A stretch of DNA of 64,000 nt from an uncultured Actinomycetes bacterium (lineage in GTDB: Bacteria > Actinomycetota > Thermoleophilia > RBG-16-64-13), in NCBI GenBank assembly GCA_963706025.1, contig CAVPLM010000003.1:608001-672000 (forward strand). Reading direction: 5' to 3'. Each line of letters starts with the position of its first letter. Position 1 is the first letter of the stretch. This document shows positions 30,381-39,937 of this stretch, one piece after another. The translations under genes and the position numbers were made by a program. The notes under the pieces are model-generated. The model did not search any database. It saw nothing but the letters and a program-made list of their open reading frames with translations, and was not told the DNA's origin.

Positions 30381-31670
30381 ATGAACAAGAGACTTCTGAT
30401 CCTACTATTGGTAGCGGTCCTCGCGGTCAGTGTGTTCGCCGTCGCCTGCGGCGAAGAAGAGGAGACCACCACTACGGCGCCGCCCAGCAGCGAGACCACG
30501 GCACCACCGAGCAGCGAGACTACGGCGCCGCCCAGCAGCGACACTACTGTGGCGCCGAGCGGAGAACCGGTCAAGATCGGGTTCAACGAAGGCTTCACCG
30601 GCTTCATGGCCTACGACTGCGAGCTGGCCGAGAGGGGCATCAAGACCGCCTTCGCCATGCTCGACAACCAGATCCTGGGCCGGCCGATCGAGTACTTCCC
30701 CGAAGACAACGGTTCCGACCCCGTTGTGGCGGTCGACAAGGCCCGCAAACAGGTGGAGAGCGACGGGATCAACGTCATGATCGGCCCGATCTTCTCGCCT
30801 TCCGCCAAGGCGGTGGCCGACTTCCTGGGCAAGTCTACCGGCATACCGCAGATGTCCATCGTGGGGCAGCCCACGGAGAACCTGGAAACGGCCAATGGGC
30901 TGGCTTTCATTCACACCGGCTTCTTCGACTCCCATGGCTACTACTTCGGCAAGTTCCTGGCGGAGAAGGGCTACAAGACGGCCAACGTCATCAACTACGA
31001 TGACACTCCCGCTTACGCACTGACGGCCGGCCTTAAGAAGGCATTCGTCGACGAAGGTGGCGGAGAGGTGCTCAGCGAGAACTACGTGCCCCTGGACACG
31101 GTCGATTTCAGCGCCTATCTGTCGGCGATGAAGCCGGCCGACGTCACTGTTGTCTGGATCTTTGGCAACGGGGCCGTCCCCTTCGTGAAGCAGTACAACG
31201 ACTACGGCCTGACCGCACCGCTGGCCCACACGATGTCCAACAACTTCAGCGACGCCCAGTTGGCGGATTTGGGCGATCTCTCGTTGGGCATGCTGGCCTG
31301 CGACTACTACGCCTATGCGGTGGACAACCCCCTGAACGCGGAGTTCGTCGCGGCGCACCGGGAACTCTACAACGGTGAGCCGCCCACCCCGCAGGGCTAC
31401 GGGGCCTGGCAGGGCGTGATGATGTATGCCGAAGCCTTGAAGCTGACCAACGGCGACACCACTCCGGCGAAAGTGATCGAAGCCATGTCCGCCATGACCC
31501 TGGACACGCCCACCGGTAAGCTGGCGATGGTCCCCTACGAGGGGGCGTTCATCGGCACTCGCGACTTCTACATGCTAGAAGTGCAGAAGTTGGGCGATGT
31601 CTGGACCTGGGTGCCGGTCAAGACCTTCGAGAACGTCCTTCTGGGCACGCTCGACCAAGTAGTGAAATAG
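30381..31670 (+). CDS. LIV-type ABC substrate-binding lipoprotein
   Basis: MNKRLLILL...AVACG lipobox; (TTAPPSSE)x3 linker; GRPIEY..EDN; MIGP.FS; DFSAYL. Confidence 0.9.
   Translation: MNKRLLILLLVAVLAVSVFAVACGEEEETTTTAPPSSETTAPPSSETTAPPSSDTTVAPSGEPVKIGFNEGFTGFMAYDCELAERGIKTAFAMLDNQILGRPIEYFPEDNGSDPVVAVDKARKQVESDGINVMIGPIFSPSAKAVADFLGKSTGIPQMSIVGQPTENLETANGLAFIHTGFFDSHGYYFGKFLAEKGYKTANVINYDDTPAYALTAGLKKAFVDEGGGEVLSENYVPLDTVDFSAYLSAMKPADVTVVWIFGNGAVPFVKQYNDYGLTAPLAHTMSNNFSDAQLADLGDLSLGMLACDYYAYAVDNPLNAEFVAAHRELYNGEPPTPQGYGAWQGVMMYAEALKLTNGDTTPAKVIEAMSAMTLDTPTGKLAMVPYEGAFIGTRDFYMLEVQKLGDVWTWVPVKTFENVLLGTLDQVVK
30466..30560 (+). repeat. 24-bp tandem repeats encoding TTAPPSSE/D
   Basis: ACTACGGCGCCGCCCAGCAGCGAG-like unit repeated three to four times. 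Confidence 0.85.
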
Positions 31671-31710
31671 TGTTCGTGCCGTCCTAGAGCGATCAGGACG
31701 CGAGATTTCC

Positions 31711-31745
31711 GCGGGGGGCTTCACGCTCGGCGTGAAGCCCCCCGC
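31711..31745 (+). terminator. intrinsic terminator after ABC operon
   Basis: GCGGGGGGCTTCACG-CTCGG-CGTGAAGCCCCCCGC followed by TTCTCTT. Confidence 0.8.
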
Positions 31746-31851
31746 TTCTCTTGAACCGGCTTTTCCTGGGGCGGCCGCCTCCATCCCGCCGATCGGCGCC
31801 CGCTGAGCGGCGCCGCGCTCAAGCCACACGCGAAATCACGCGTATATAGCG

Positions 31852-31867
31852 TGGTATAGTTATACCA
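31852..31867. promoter_or_regulatory. palindromic operator candidate
   Basis: TGGTATA-GT-TATACCA perfect palindrome ~50 bp upstream of the dehydrogenase-BKACE-SDR operon. Confidence 0.6.
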
Positions 31868-31917
31868 ACGTGACCGCACGTATCCCGCGCTGGAACGAAC
31901 GACACAAGGGGCATCTC

Positions 31918-32877
31918 GTGAAGATCGACGACGTCAAGAAGGTGGCGATTTTTGGGGCCGGCACGATGGGACCCGGCTTGGCGCAGGTGTTCGCTACCGC
32001 CGGTTACGATGTGACTATGTACTCCCGCAAGGCCGAGACCCTCGACAAGGCCATGTCTGTGGCCAAAGCGAATCTCGCCACCTTCGTCGAGAGCGGGCTC
32101 CTCTCCGAGGACGCGGTCCCCGGGGTTCTCGACCGGATCACGATTACCCAGTCGGTGGAGGAAGCCGGCAAGGACGCGGACTTCGTCATCGAGAGCATCG
32201 CCGAGAAGATGGATGCCAAAAAGGCGCTCTACGAGGAACTGGACCGCATCTGCCCCGAGAGGACCATCTTAACCAGCAATACCTCATATCTGAACATCTA
32301 CGAGGTCATGCCGGCCGGGCGGCTGCCTCAGACCGTCATCGCTCACTGGTTCGCGCCTCCGCACATCGTCCCCCTGGTCGAGGTCGTCAAGGGGCCGGAG
32401 ACGAGTCAGGAGACGGTGGACTTCGTGGTGGAGCTGCTCCAGAAGGTGGAGAGGGTGCCCACGGTGCTGGAAAGGTTCGTCCCCGGGTTCTGTATAAACC
32501 GTTTTCTACGGATCATGGGCCGCGAGATCTTCTTCCTGCTGGATAACGGCTACATGACCGCCGACCAGCTCGATCTTGCCGTGAAGGCCAGTATCGTCCC
32601 CAGGGCGATGGTGTTGGGCTTCGTCCAGCGCTACGACTTCACCGGGATCGATCTCAGCTATGGCAACCTGCAGAACAAGGATTTCATCGAGCCCCCGATC
32701 GACAACAATCCGCGCAGTTTGGTGGAACTCATGGAACGGGGTGAGCTGGGGGTGAAGAGCGGCAAAGGCTTCTTCGACTACAGCGACCGTCCCCTCGAGC
32801 AGGTCTTGAGAGAACGGGATGCTGCGCTGATCAAGGTGTTCGAAGACGTGAAGGATCTGATCTACAAACGGGTATAG
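31918..32877 (+). CDS. 3-hydroxyacyl-CoA dehydrogenase-family protein
   Basis: GAGTMGPGLA, ESIAE, SNTS, AHWFAPPHIVPLVEVV, PGFCINR, GELGVKSGKGFFDY. Confidence 0.9.
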   Translation: MKIDDVKKVAIFGAGTMGPGLAQVFATAGYDVTMYSRKAETLDKAMSVAKANLATFVESGLLSEDAVPGVLDRITITQSVEEAGKDADFVIESIAEKMDAKKALYEELDRICPERTILTSNTSYLNIYEVMPAGRLPQTVIAHWFAPPHIVPLVEVVKGPETSQETVDFVVELLQKVERVPTVLERFVPGFCINRFLRIMGREIFFLLDNGYMTADQLDLAVKASIVPRAMVLGFVQRYDFTGIDLSYGNLQNKDFIEPPIDNNPRSLVELMERGELGVKSGKGFFDYSDRPLEQVLRERDAALIKVFEDVKDLIYKRV

Positions 32878-32894
32878 GAGTCACGGGAGTCACC

Positions 32895-33749
32895 ATGAAG
32901 CTACCTGCAGGCAAAGTCATCATCACCGCCTCCCTCAACGGCGCGTTCGTCACCAAAGAGATGAACCCCAACGTCCCTGAGCAGCCGAACGAGATCGCCC
33001 AAGCCGCGCTGGACTGCTACAACGCCGGGGCCGCCATCGTGCACATCCATGCCCGCGATGAGAAAGGTCAACCCACCGGCACCAAAGAGAAGTTCGAAGA
33101 GATCATGGCTGCCGTCCGGGGCAAGTGCGGCGAGATTATCGTGCAGTTCTCCACCGGCGGAGGGGCGAACCTCACCATCGAGGAGCGCGTTCGTTGCCTC
33201 GACGCCAAACCGGAATCGGCCTCGCTCAACATGGGCACCCTCATGCGTCAGACCGGCGCCTACGCCGGCACTCCCTTCTCCAACCTCACCAAAGACATCG
33301 AGGCTTGGGCGGCCAAGATGAAGGAACTCGACATCAAGCCCGAGATGGAATGCTACTCGCAGAGCATGTACCGGGACGTGAACAATCTGATCAAAAAGGA
33401 ACTGATCAAGCCTCCCTACTACGTGAACTTCGTGCTTGGGATGATGTACCAGGGCGCCATCGAAGCGTCTCCGGAGACGCTGGTGTCCATGTACCAGTTC
33501 CTGCCCGGGAACTGCTACTTCAACTGCACCGCCACCTCCGCGGCCCAACTCCCCGTCACGACGATGGCGATGATCATGGGCGGCTGCGTTCGGGTCGGAC
33601 TCGAAGACAATATCTACTACTCGAAAGGGGCGCTGGCCACGAGCAATGCTCAATTGGTCGAGCGCTCGGCTCGGATCGCCCGGGAGCTGAACATCGAGCC
33701 CGCGACTCCCGATGAAGCCCGGGAGATCCTTGGTATCGTCAAGCGCTGA
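32895..33749 (+). CDS. beta-keto acid cleavage enzyme (BKACE / DUF849 / Kce family)
   Basis: IITASLNG, P.VPEQP.EIA, GAAIVHIHAR (HxH), STGG, SLNMG, PEMECY, VRVGLEDN, ATPDEAREILG. Confidence 0.95.
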   Translation: MKLPAGKVIITASLNGAFVTKEMNPNVPEQPNEIAQAALDCYNAGAAIVHIHARDEKGQPTGTKEKFEEIMAAVRGKCGEIIVQFSTGGGANLTIEERVRCLDAKPESASLNMGTLMRQTGAYAGTPFSNLTKDIEAWAAKMKELDIKPEMECYSQSMYRDVNNLIKKELIKPPYYVNFVLGMMYQGAIEASPETLVSMYQFLPGNCYFNCTATSAAQLPVTTMAMIMGGCVRVGLEDNIYYSKGALATSNAQLVERSARIARELNIEPATPDEAREILGIVKR

Positions 33750-33798
33750 CGGGCAGGGCCGGCAGGCAGGGCTGACAACAGAACGCCGTCAGGAAAGG

Positions 33799-34587
33799 AT
33801 GGTTGCAGCAACCATGGACGATCTGTTCTCCTTGAAGGGTAAGAACGCCGTCATCGTGGGTGGAGCCGGAGGTATCGGCCGTGGACTGGCGGAAGGGTTC
33901 GTGCGCCACGGCGCTCAGGTGGCCATCGCCGACGTCAACCTGACCGGCTTGGAAGACGCGGTCGCGGAGATCGAAGCCGCGACCGGCCAGAAGGTCAAGG
34001 CCTATCCGGTCGACACCGGCCAGGAGAGCAAAGTCCAGGAACTCGTGGCGAAAACGGTGGGCGACATGGGGCGCGTCCACGTGCTCGTCAACGCCCAGGG
34101 CTTCAATATCAAGGCGCCGGCGACGGAGTTCCCCGTCGAAGACTGGGACAGGCTCTTCTCCGTGAACGTCCGTGGAGTCATGATCTGCTGCAAGCACTTC
34201 GCGGCGCACATGGTCGAGCAGGGGGGCGGCAAGATCATCAACCTCTCGTCGATCCGGGGAGCGCGGGCGGCGTTGGGCGGCAATCTCGCCTATTGCGCCA
34301 GCAAGGGTGCCGTGGACATGCTGACCAGGCAGCTGGCGGTCGAACTGGCGTCGAAGAAGGTGCTGGTCAACGCCATTGCGCCGATCATCACCATCACGCC
34401 CATGACTGAGGAACGGGTCAGGCGGGACGCGGACCGCTACGAGAAGATGCTGGTCAACGTCCCCCTGAACCGTATGGGCACCGTCGCCGATCTGGTGGGA
34501 CCGGCGGTGTTCCTGGCCTCGGCCGCGTCCGACTTCGTAACGGGGACGATCCTGTATCCGGACGGCGGGACGATGGCTTTTGTGTGA
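33799..34587 (+). CDS. short-chain dehydrogenase/reductase
   Basis: VGGAGGIG, VNAQG, IINLSS, YCASK, VNAIAP, DGG. Confidence 0.93.
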   Translation: MVAATMDDLFSLKGKNAVIVGGAGGIGRGLAEGFVRHGAQVAIADVNLTGLEDAVAEIEAATGQKVKAYPVDTGQESKVQELVAKTVGDMGRVHVLVNAQGFNIKAPATEFPVEDWDRLFSVNVRGVMICCKHFAAHMVEQGGGKIINLSSIRGARAALGGNLAYCASKGAVDMLTRQLAVELASKKVLVNAIAPIITITPMTEERVRRDADRYEKMLVNVPLNRMGTVADLVGPAVFLASAASDFVTGTILYPDGGTMAFV

Positions 34588-34645
34588 TCAGTGAGACTGC
34601 GATGAGACTGTGGCGGTTCGGGAGTAGTGAGAGCGGGAAGCGACT

Positions 34646-35470
34646 ATGCCAAGACCACGCGTGATGTCCGAGCAACATGAGAAGACGGCGAGCGCCGGTG
34701 ACGGTGCTTTCATCGTCCGGGCCCTGGCCAAAGGGCTCGCGGTGCTGGGGCTGTTCGACGCGGAGAACCGCGATTGGACCCTGGACGAGATCGCGGAGGG
34801 AGCCGGTCTTCCCAGGATGACCGCGTATCGCATGATCCGGACCATGGAAGCGGCGGGTTACCTGGTCCGGGACCCCGTGACCAGTCGCTACCATCTCGGC
34901 CCCGCTCTGTTGGCGACCACCTACATCTCAGAGACCTACTCGGAACTCGTCGCCATCGCGCGGCCCTACCTGCGCGACCTGGCTGCGGAGACGGGGGAGT
35001 CGGCCACCCTGGCAGTGGAGGTGGACGCAGTCGCGGTCAGCGTGGATACGGTGGACACCGCCCGTCCCTTCAGAAGAGAGGTGGCGCAAGGACGGATCAT
35101 CGGCGATACGGCCAACGCGCACGGCAAGGTGTTCGCGGCCTTCAAGTCCGAGGCCGAAAAGGCGGAGATACTCGCCCTGCCGCGTGAACAGACGACGCCC
35201 CACACCATCACCGATCCGGCAGCGCTCGCCGCCGAACTGGAGCTCGTTATACGGGAGGGGATCGCCTTCGACCTCGAGGAGCGGAACATCGGCACGTGTG
35301 CCGTGGCCGCCCCCGTGCGCGACCAATTGGGCAAGGTGATCGCGTCCATATCGCTGGTCGTCCCCACGGGGCGCTTCGGTGACGAGGAGAGATTGCGCTT
35401 TGTACAGGCCACGAAGACCGCCGCCGCTTCTCTTTCTGCCTTTCTGGGCTACTCGAACCGAGAGGGCTAG
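34646..35470 (+). CDS. IclR-family regulator
   Basis: VRALAKGLAVL..F; TAYRMIRTM; HGKVF; GIAFDLEE...GTCAVAAPV. Confidence 0.93.
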   Translation: MPRPRVMSEQHEKTASAGDGAFIVRALAKGLAVLGLFDAENRDWTLDEIAEGAGLPRMTAYRMIRTMEAAGYLVRDPVTSRYHLGPALLATTYISETYSELVAIARPYLRDLAAETGESATLAVEVDAVAVSVDTVDTARPFRREVAQGRIIGDTANAHGKVFAAFKSEAEKAEILALPREQTTPHTITDPAALAAELELVIREGIAFDLEERNIGTCAVAAPVRDQLGKVIASISLVVPTGRFGDEERLRFVQATKTAAASLSAFLGYSNREG

Positions 35471-35529
35471 CGGAAGAGAGAGCCGGCAGAGCCGCCAGAG
35501 ACGACCCGGATGAGAAGACCGAAACGAGA

Positions 35530-35567
35530 GAAGCCCCGGGGCCGGCTAACGCCGGCCCCGGGGCTTC
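35530..35567. terminator. hairpin between convergent genes
   Basis: GAAGCCCCGGGGCCGGC-TAAC-GCCGGCCCCGGGGCTTC. Confidence 0.75.
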
Positions 35568-35607
35568 GTACTGCACGGACTGTCGTCGAGAAGTATCAGT
35601 CCCGCCG

Positions 35608-37827
35608 CTAGATCTCCTGCATCATGGTGGTGGGCACGAAACCGTACTCCTCGTTGCGGAAGACCTCTTCCTTCAGCTCTTCGTCCTTGGCCTTGTACAC
35701 CTTGCAGAGCAGGCAGGTCAGGTCCGGTGAGCCGTACATGGGGTCTAGGTGGTCGTTGCTCGTCAGGACGTTCGGGTTGGAGATCCAGATGCCGTGGTAG
35801 CCCTCGGCCGGCTCCTCCGGGTAGAAGCAGTTGGCCGTGGCCATCAAGACGCCCTTCTTGATGCCGGGGAAGCAACGCAGCTTCTGCCTGATCCTTCCTC
35901 GGGGCGACTCGATCCAGACGATGTCGCCGTCCTCGACGCCGTAGAGCTCTGCCGTCTCCGGATGGAGCTGGCACGTCGGGAACTCCATGAAGCTGCGCAG
36001 CCACGGGATGTTGCGGTACTGCCCGAGGAAATAGAAGGGCTGGCGGTAGCCGCTGCTCATCACGATGGGGTATTCCTTGTACAGCTCGGGGGTCGAGACA
36101 GGGCTTTCCCCGGGCTCGCTATAGACCGGCAGGGGATCGTACCCAAGAGACTCCAGGTGATTCGAGTGGAACTCGAACTTACCCGAGGGGGTCGGGAAGC
36201 CGCCGCCCTCTCTCCAGTAGTCGGTCTTGTACTTGTAATAAACCTGATCGGGGCCCCAGCAGCCGCTCACGAGCTTCTCGCTGAAATCTTTCCACTTCAG
36301 TGGGCCGCCATCGGGGCTCTCTCCCCTCCTGAGCTCGTAGTCGAGCATATCTTCGACGTTGTCCCACCACTTGTCGGGAACGACCCGCCTGCCGATCTCG
36401 TTGAAGATCCAAGCGTCGGACATAGCCTCACCGGGCGGATCGACGACTTTGTTGTGAGCTTCGATCATGAAGCGTGGGTGCATGTCGTAGACGTCGTCCA
36501 ACTCCAGCCAGTGGGCGGCCGGCAGCACGATGTCGGCCGCTTCGGCCATCGGGCCCATGAAGAGATCGGTGTGCGACATGAACTCGACCTTCTCGATGGC
36601 CGCGACAACCTCTTTGGTGTTGGCCATATGCACGATCTGCTGCCCGCCGACACTGAACCACACCTTGACGGGCGCTTCGCCGGCAAGGAGCTTCTTGACC
36701 ATGGTGTCGGGGTTACACGTGCGGGTGGCGCCCATCTTGAACCTATCGCCACCGATGATCTTGGCCTTCATCTCGTCGGTGATCGGCAGCTCGAGGTTGA
36801 AGTCCTCGATGAGGCCGGTGTCCGGCAGCACCCAGCTGATCATGCTGCCTGGGCGCTCGATGTTGCCGGCGAGGCCCATGAGGCAGGTTATGGCCCGGAG
36901 GGTGTGGCCACAGTTGGCCTGCCGCTCGAGGGAGCTGCCTACCTGGATGCAGCCCGGCGTGTCGACGGCCCACATCCGGGCCGCTTCGACGACCTGCTCC
37001 TTAGGGATCCAGCAGGTGTCGGACACCTTCTCGGGCGTCCACTCCTTGACGCGCTCGCGCAGCTCGTCGACGCCGAACGTCCAGTTGTCGACGAACTCCT
37101 TGTCCCAGAGCTCCTCTTCGAAGATGACGTTCATCATGCCCATGGCCAGCGCGCAGTCCGTTCCCGGCCGGGGCTGGATCCAGAGGGAGGCGCGGGTCGC
37201 ATATGCACTTGCCCGCGGGTCGATGATGATGAGGTTCTTGCAGTAGTCCACGGAGCGCATGAACCAGTAACCCATCTCGGAGTCGGCGCTGCTGATCTCG
37301 AGCTGCTTCGCCCACATGATCTGGGTCTTCGGGAACTCGCCGCCCCAGCCGTGGTAGTCGCAGTACAGGCGTCCATAGCCCGTCACGAGGGCGTAGAGGC
37401 CAAGGCGGGGGCTGTGGCATACGTAGCCCGGCGTGATGGCGTTGCCTGTGCTGAGGGAGCGCGCCAGCCGCATCGTGTAGCGGTTATACCCGCGCCCCGT
37501 CCCCTGGGAGATGGCAATGGTCTCCGGTCCGAAGTCCTTGATCGCCGCCTTCATCTTGTCTGCGATCGTGTCGAGGGCCTCATCCCACGAGATCCTCTGC
37601 CACTTACCGTGGCCTTTGGGTCCCACCTGCTTCATGGGGTACTTGAGGCGATAGGGGTTGTCGATGTGCTGGATGCTCGAGAGACCCTTGGAGCACATCG
37701 TGCCCCCGGTCAACGAGTCGGGATTGCCCTCGATGTGGATGACGACCCCGTCTTCCTTGGTCACTCTGACGCCGCAGCCACCATGGCAGCTCTTGCATGT
37801 GGAAAGTACGACTTCTCTTTTTGCCAT
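35608..37827 (-). CDS. Mo/W-bisPGD oxidoreductase catalytic subunit, acetylene hydratase / catechol dehydroxylase clade, no Tat signal
   Basis: MAKREVVLSTCKSCHGGC...MCSKG [4Fe-4S]; RLKYPMK..G.KG.GKWQRISWDEALD; GYVCHSPR putative Cys ligand; PRPGTD.AL; GFPTPSGKFE; LHPETA; GAGGAG RBS. Confidence 0.9.
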   Translation of the reverse strand: MAKREVVLSTCKSCHGGCGVRVTKEDGVVIHIEGNPDSLTGGTMCSKGLSSIQHIDNPYRLKYPMKQVGPKGHGKWQRISWDEALDTIADKMKAAIKDFGPETIAISQGTGRGYNRYTMRLARSLSTGNAITPGYVCHSPRLGLYALVTGYGRLYCDYHGWGGEFPKTQIMWAKQLEISSADSEMGYWFMRSVDYCKNLIIIDPRASAYATRASLWIQPRPGTDCALAMGMMNVIFEEELWDKEFVDNWTFGVDELRERVKEWTPEKVSDTCWIPKEQVVEAARMWAVDTPGCIQVGSSLERQANCGHTLRAITCLMGLAGNIERPGSMISWVLPDTGLIEDFNLELPITDEMKAKIIGGDRFKMGATRTCNPDTMVKKLLAGEAPVKVWFSVGGQQIVHMANTKEVVAAIEKVEFMSHTDLFMGPMAEAADIVLPAAHWLELDDVYDMHPRFMIEAHNKVVDPPGEAMSDAWIFNEIGRRVVPDKWWDNVEDMLDYELRRGESPDGGPLKWKDFSEKLVSGCWGPDQVYYKYKTDYWREGGGFPTPSGKFEFHSNHLESLGYDPLPVYSEPGESPVSTPELYKEYPIVMSSGYRQPFYFLGQYRNIPWLRSFMEFPTCQLHPETAELYGVEDGDIVWIESPRGRIRQKLRCFPGIKKGVLMATANCFYPEEPAEGYHGIWISNPNVLTSNDHLDPMYGSPDLTCLLCKVYKAKDEELKEEVFRNEEYGFVPTTMMQEI

Positions 37828-37856
37828 CAGTGTCTCCTCAACACCAAGCTGGTGCT

Positions 37857-38828
37857 CTAGTAGGCGTGGCCTTTGGGTAGGAGGGGCCTGTAGATGCCGA
37901 CCTTCAGTACGCCATACTTGAGGGAGAACGCCCCGATGGTATGGCAGATGATCGCGAAGATGAGCAGTCCTGTCGCGGCCTCTCCGGCGAAGTAGCTGAC
38001 GATCGATATCACGAGCGGAACGATAATACCCAGCCCAACGATGCCCAGCCAGAACACCCAGGCCAGTTTTCCACGGATGAGCTCTTTCACCGACAACTCG
38101 GCTGTGACCGACTGATAGTTCGCGTTCACCAGATAGGACAAGATCAGCAGGGCGTTTATGATCAGCATGATCCGGGTGACCGACTCTGCCGGTCCGATCA
38201 CGTCTTCGCCGGTAACCAGGCCGACGCCCATGATCAAGGCCAAGCCGTCCGCGATGCCCATGAAGAGGAACACGATGGGCAGTAGCCCAGTGTTCCAGAA
38301 GGGGACGCTCTTGCAGTAGCTCATGGCGAATCCGCAGTAGACCCCGGTGAGGACCACGAAGATGCCGGCCAGGGCCATGAAGACCCAGTTGGCGAAGTGG
38401 ACGGCGTCGTAGGCCGAGCCGGAGACCACATCGTAAGCAAGCAGGTACAGCAGCACCAGCTGAATGGCTCCCAAGGCCACAAAGATCACGGTGAAGACTA
38501 TTCCCCGGGCAAACCACGAAGTCTTCCACGCCTTGCTGAAGGGCGGGAAGGTCTTCCAGAAGCGCAGAGGCTTGCCGAGGTAGGCAAAATGCAGGGGCAG
38601 CTTGAAGAACACGATCATGATCCAGCCGAAAAGCGCTCCCCACCAGGCGGTCTTGGGAGCGGTCTCGGTGAAGAATAGCGACACCAGATAGAGACCGGAA
38701 CCGAGAGCCGAGAAGACCTCCGCGATCCAGACGAGTATTCCCTTGCCGTCGATCCATTCGGTCTGAGCCATGGGTTTGATCATCCACTCATGGGGGACCA
38801 TCCATTGACGGGCGGTTCTTGCGTTCAT
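37857..38828 (-). CDS. NrfD/PsrC/DmsC-family membrane anchor
   Basis: About 8 hydrophobic segments; LHFAYLGKPLRFW (HLG.P.R-like), SWFARG, VPFWN, FWLGIV. Confidence 0.88.
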   Translation of the reverse strand: MNARTARQWMVPHEWMIKPMAQTEWIDGKGILVWIAEVFSALGSGLYLVSLFFTETAPKTAWWGALFGWIMIVFFKLPLHFAYLGKPLRFWKTFPPFSKAWKTSWFARGIVFTVIFVALGAIQLVLLYLLAYDVVSGSAYDAVHFANWVFMALAGIFVVLTGVYCGFAMSYCKSVPFWNTGLLPIVFLFMGIADGLALIMGVGLVTGEDVIGPAESVTRIMLIINALLILSYLVNANYQSVTAELSVKELIRGKLAWVFWLGIVGLGIIVPLVISIVSYFAGEAATGLLIFAIICHTIGAFSLKYGVLKVGIYRPLLPKGHAY

Positions 38829-38844
38829 GTGGCCACTCCCCTAC

Positions 38845-39621
38845 CTAGTCCGCGTTCTTCTTGGCGAGTTTTTCCTTGGACGGAGCGTAGACGGTGCTCA
38901 AGTGCTGGATGTGGCTGCCAGTTTGAGCCTCGATAGGCGCCTTGTTTGAAGGAGCGCCCCCGAGCTTGTAGTCGATGTAGTAAACGGACGGCTCGGTCCC
39001 GTACTCCGCGTGCAGAACGAATCCGGCCTTGTCCCGGATCAGCTTGGAAACGTTGCTGTTGGGATCCTCCAGGTCGCCAAAGGTGAGAGCGCCCGCCTGG
39101 CAGATGTTCACGCAGGCCGGCGTGGCGGCCCGGTCGACACCGGGCACCAGGCCTTTTTCAAGACCGGCGTCGATCCGCTCGGCACAGAAGTTGCACTTCT
39201 GCGTCGTCCCGACCTGGTGCGGATAGAGCTCTTTCCCTTTCTTCTCGAAACCGGTCTGATCGTGCTCGGGGAAGTAGTTCGGGTTCCTCTTTCTGGAAAG
39301 GTACGTGCGGTTCTGATAGGGGCAGGCGATAACGCAGTAACGGCAGCCAAAGCACTTGTCGGAATCGATCGCGACGATACCGTCCTCGCGCTTGTGGGAT
39401 GCCTCAGTGGGGCAGGCATCCACGCACGGCGCCTCCTTGCACTGATTGCATCGGACCGGATAGGTGGTGACGTCGACAGTGATGCCGTCGTCCACTTCGA
39501 GGGCGATGAGCCTCGGCCAGGTCACCCGAAGCGGTAGGAAGTGCTCGATCCTGCACGCGACCACGCACGCGTGGCAGCGGATGCACTTCGCGAGGTTGAT
39601 CACCATTCCATATCTCGCCAT
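38845..39621 (-). CDS. 4Fe-4S dicluster electron-transfer subunit (DmsB/NrfC type)
   Basis: MARYGMVINLAKCIRCHACVVAC; CNQC..APCV..CP; CFGCRYCVIACPY; KCNFC...PACV..C. Confidence 0.95.
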   Translation of the reverse strand: MARYGMVINLAKCIRCHACVVACRIEHFLPLRVTWPRLIALEVDDGITVDVTTYPVRCNQCKEAPCVDACPTEASHKREDGIVAIDSDKCFGCRYCVIACPYQNRTYLSRKRNPNYFPEHDQTGFEKKGKELYPHQVGTTQKCNFCAERIDAGLEKGLVPGVDRAATPACVNICQAGALTFGDLEDPNSNVSKLIRDKAGFVLHAEYGTEPSVYYIDYKLGGAPSNKAPIEAQTGSHIQHLSTVYAPSKEKLAKKNAD

Positions 39622-39937
39622 CGGCCCCTCCTATGTCCCGTTAGGCTTTCGTGTGCAGTTGCCCGCCCCGAGACCGCGCTCAAGGGGGGTTTCCCAGTGC
39701 GCTTATGGATCGAACCACACTGATTGTAGCACAGACAATGATATCGACATAATGCACAACGTTAAATACAATACCGTTTGTAGACGTGTGTGCTCCCCGG
39801 GTGCGGCGGGCGCCACAGGGACCCCTGCGCCCGCTCAAGAGGTTTGCGCGGCGCCCGCGGAGCAGTTAGGATGAGGGCGTGGGACGCGCTCGTGGGACGA
39901 AAGTGGGCTCGATGTCCGAGATGGGAGGTACTCTCCA

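Noticed and set aside
35608-37827. Calling the Mo/W enzyme acetylene hydratase
   Set aside because: It has His instead of the catalytic Asp next to the Fe-S Cys and has electron-transfer and membrane partners, indicating a redox enzyme.
35608-38787. 1059-aa version of the Mo enzyme
   Set aside because: The N-terminal 320 aa are an Arg/Gly-rich off-frame reading of the NrfD gene; the real start is MAKREVV at 37827 with an RBS.
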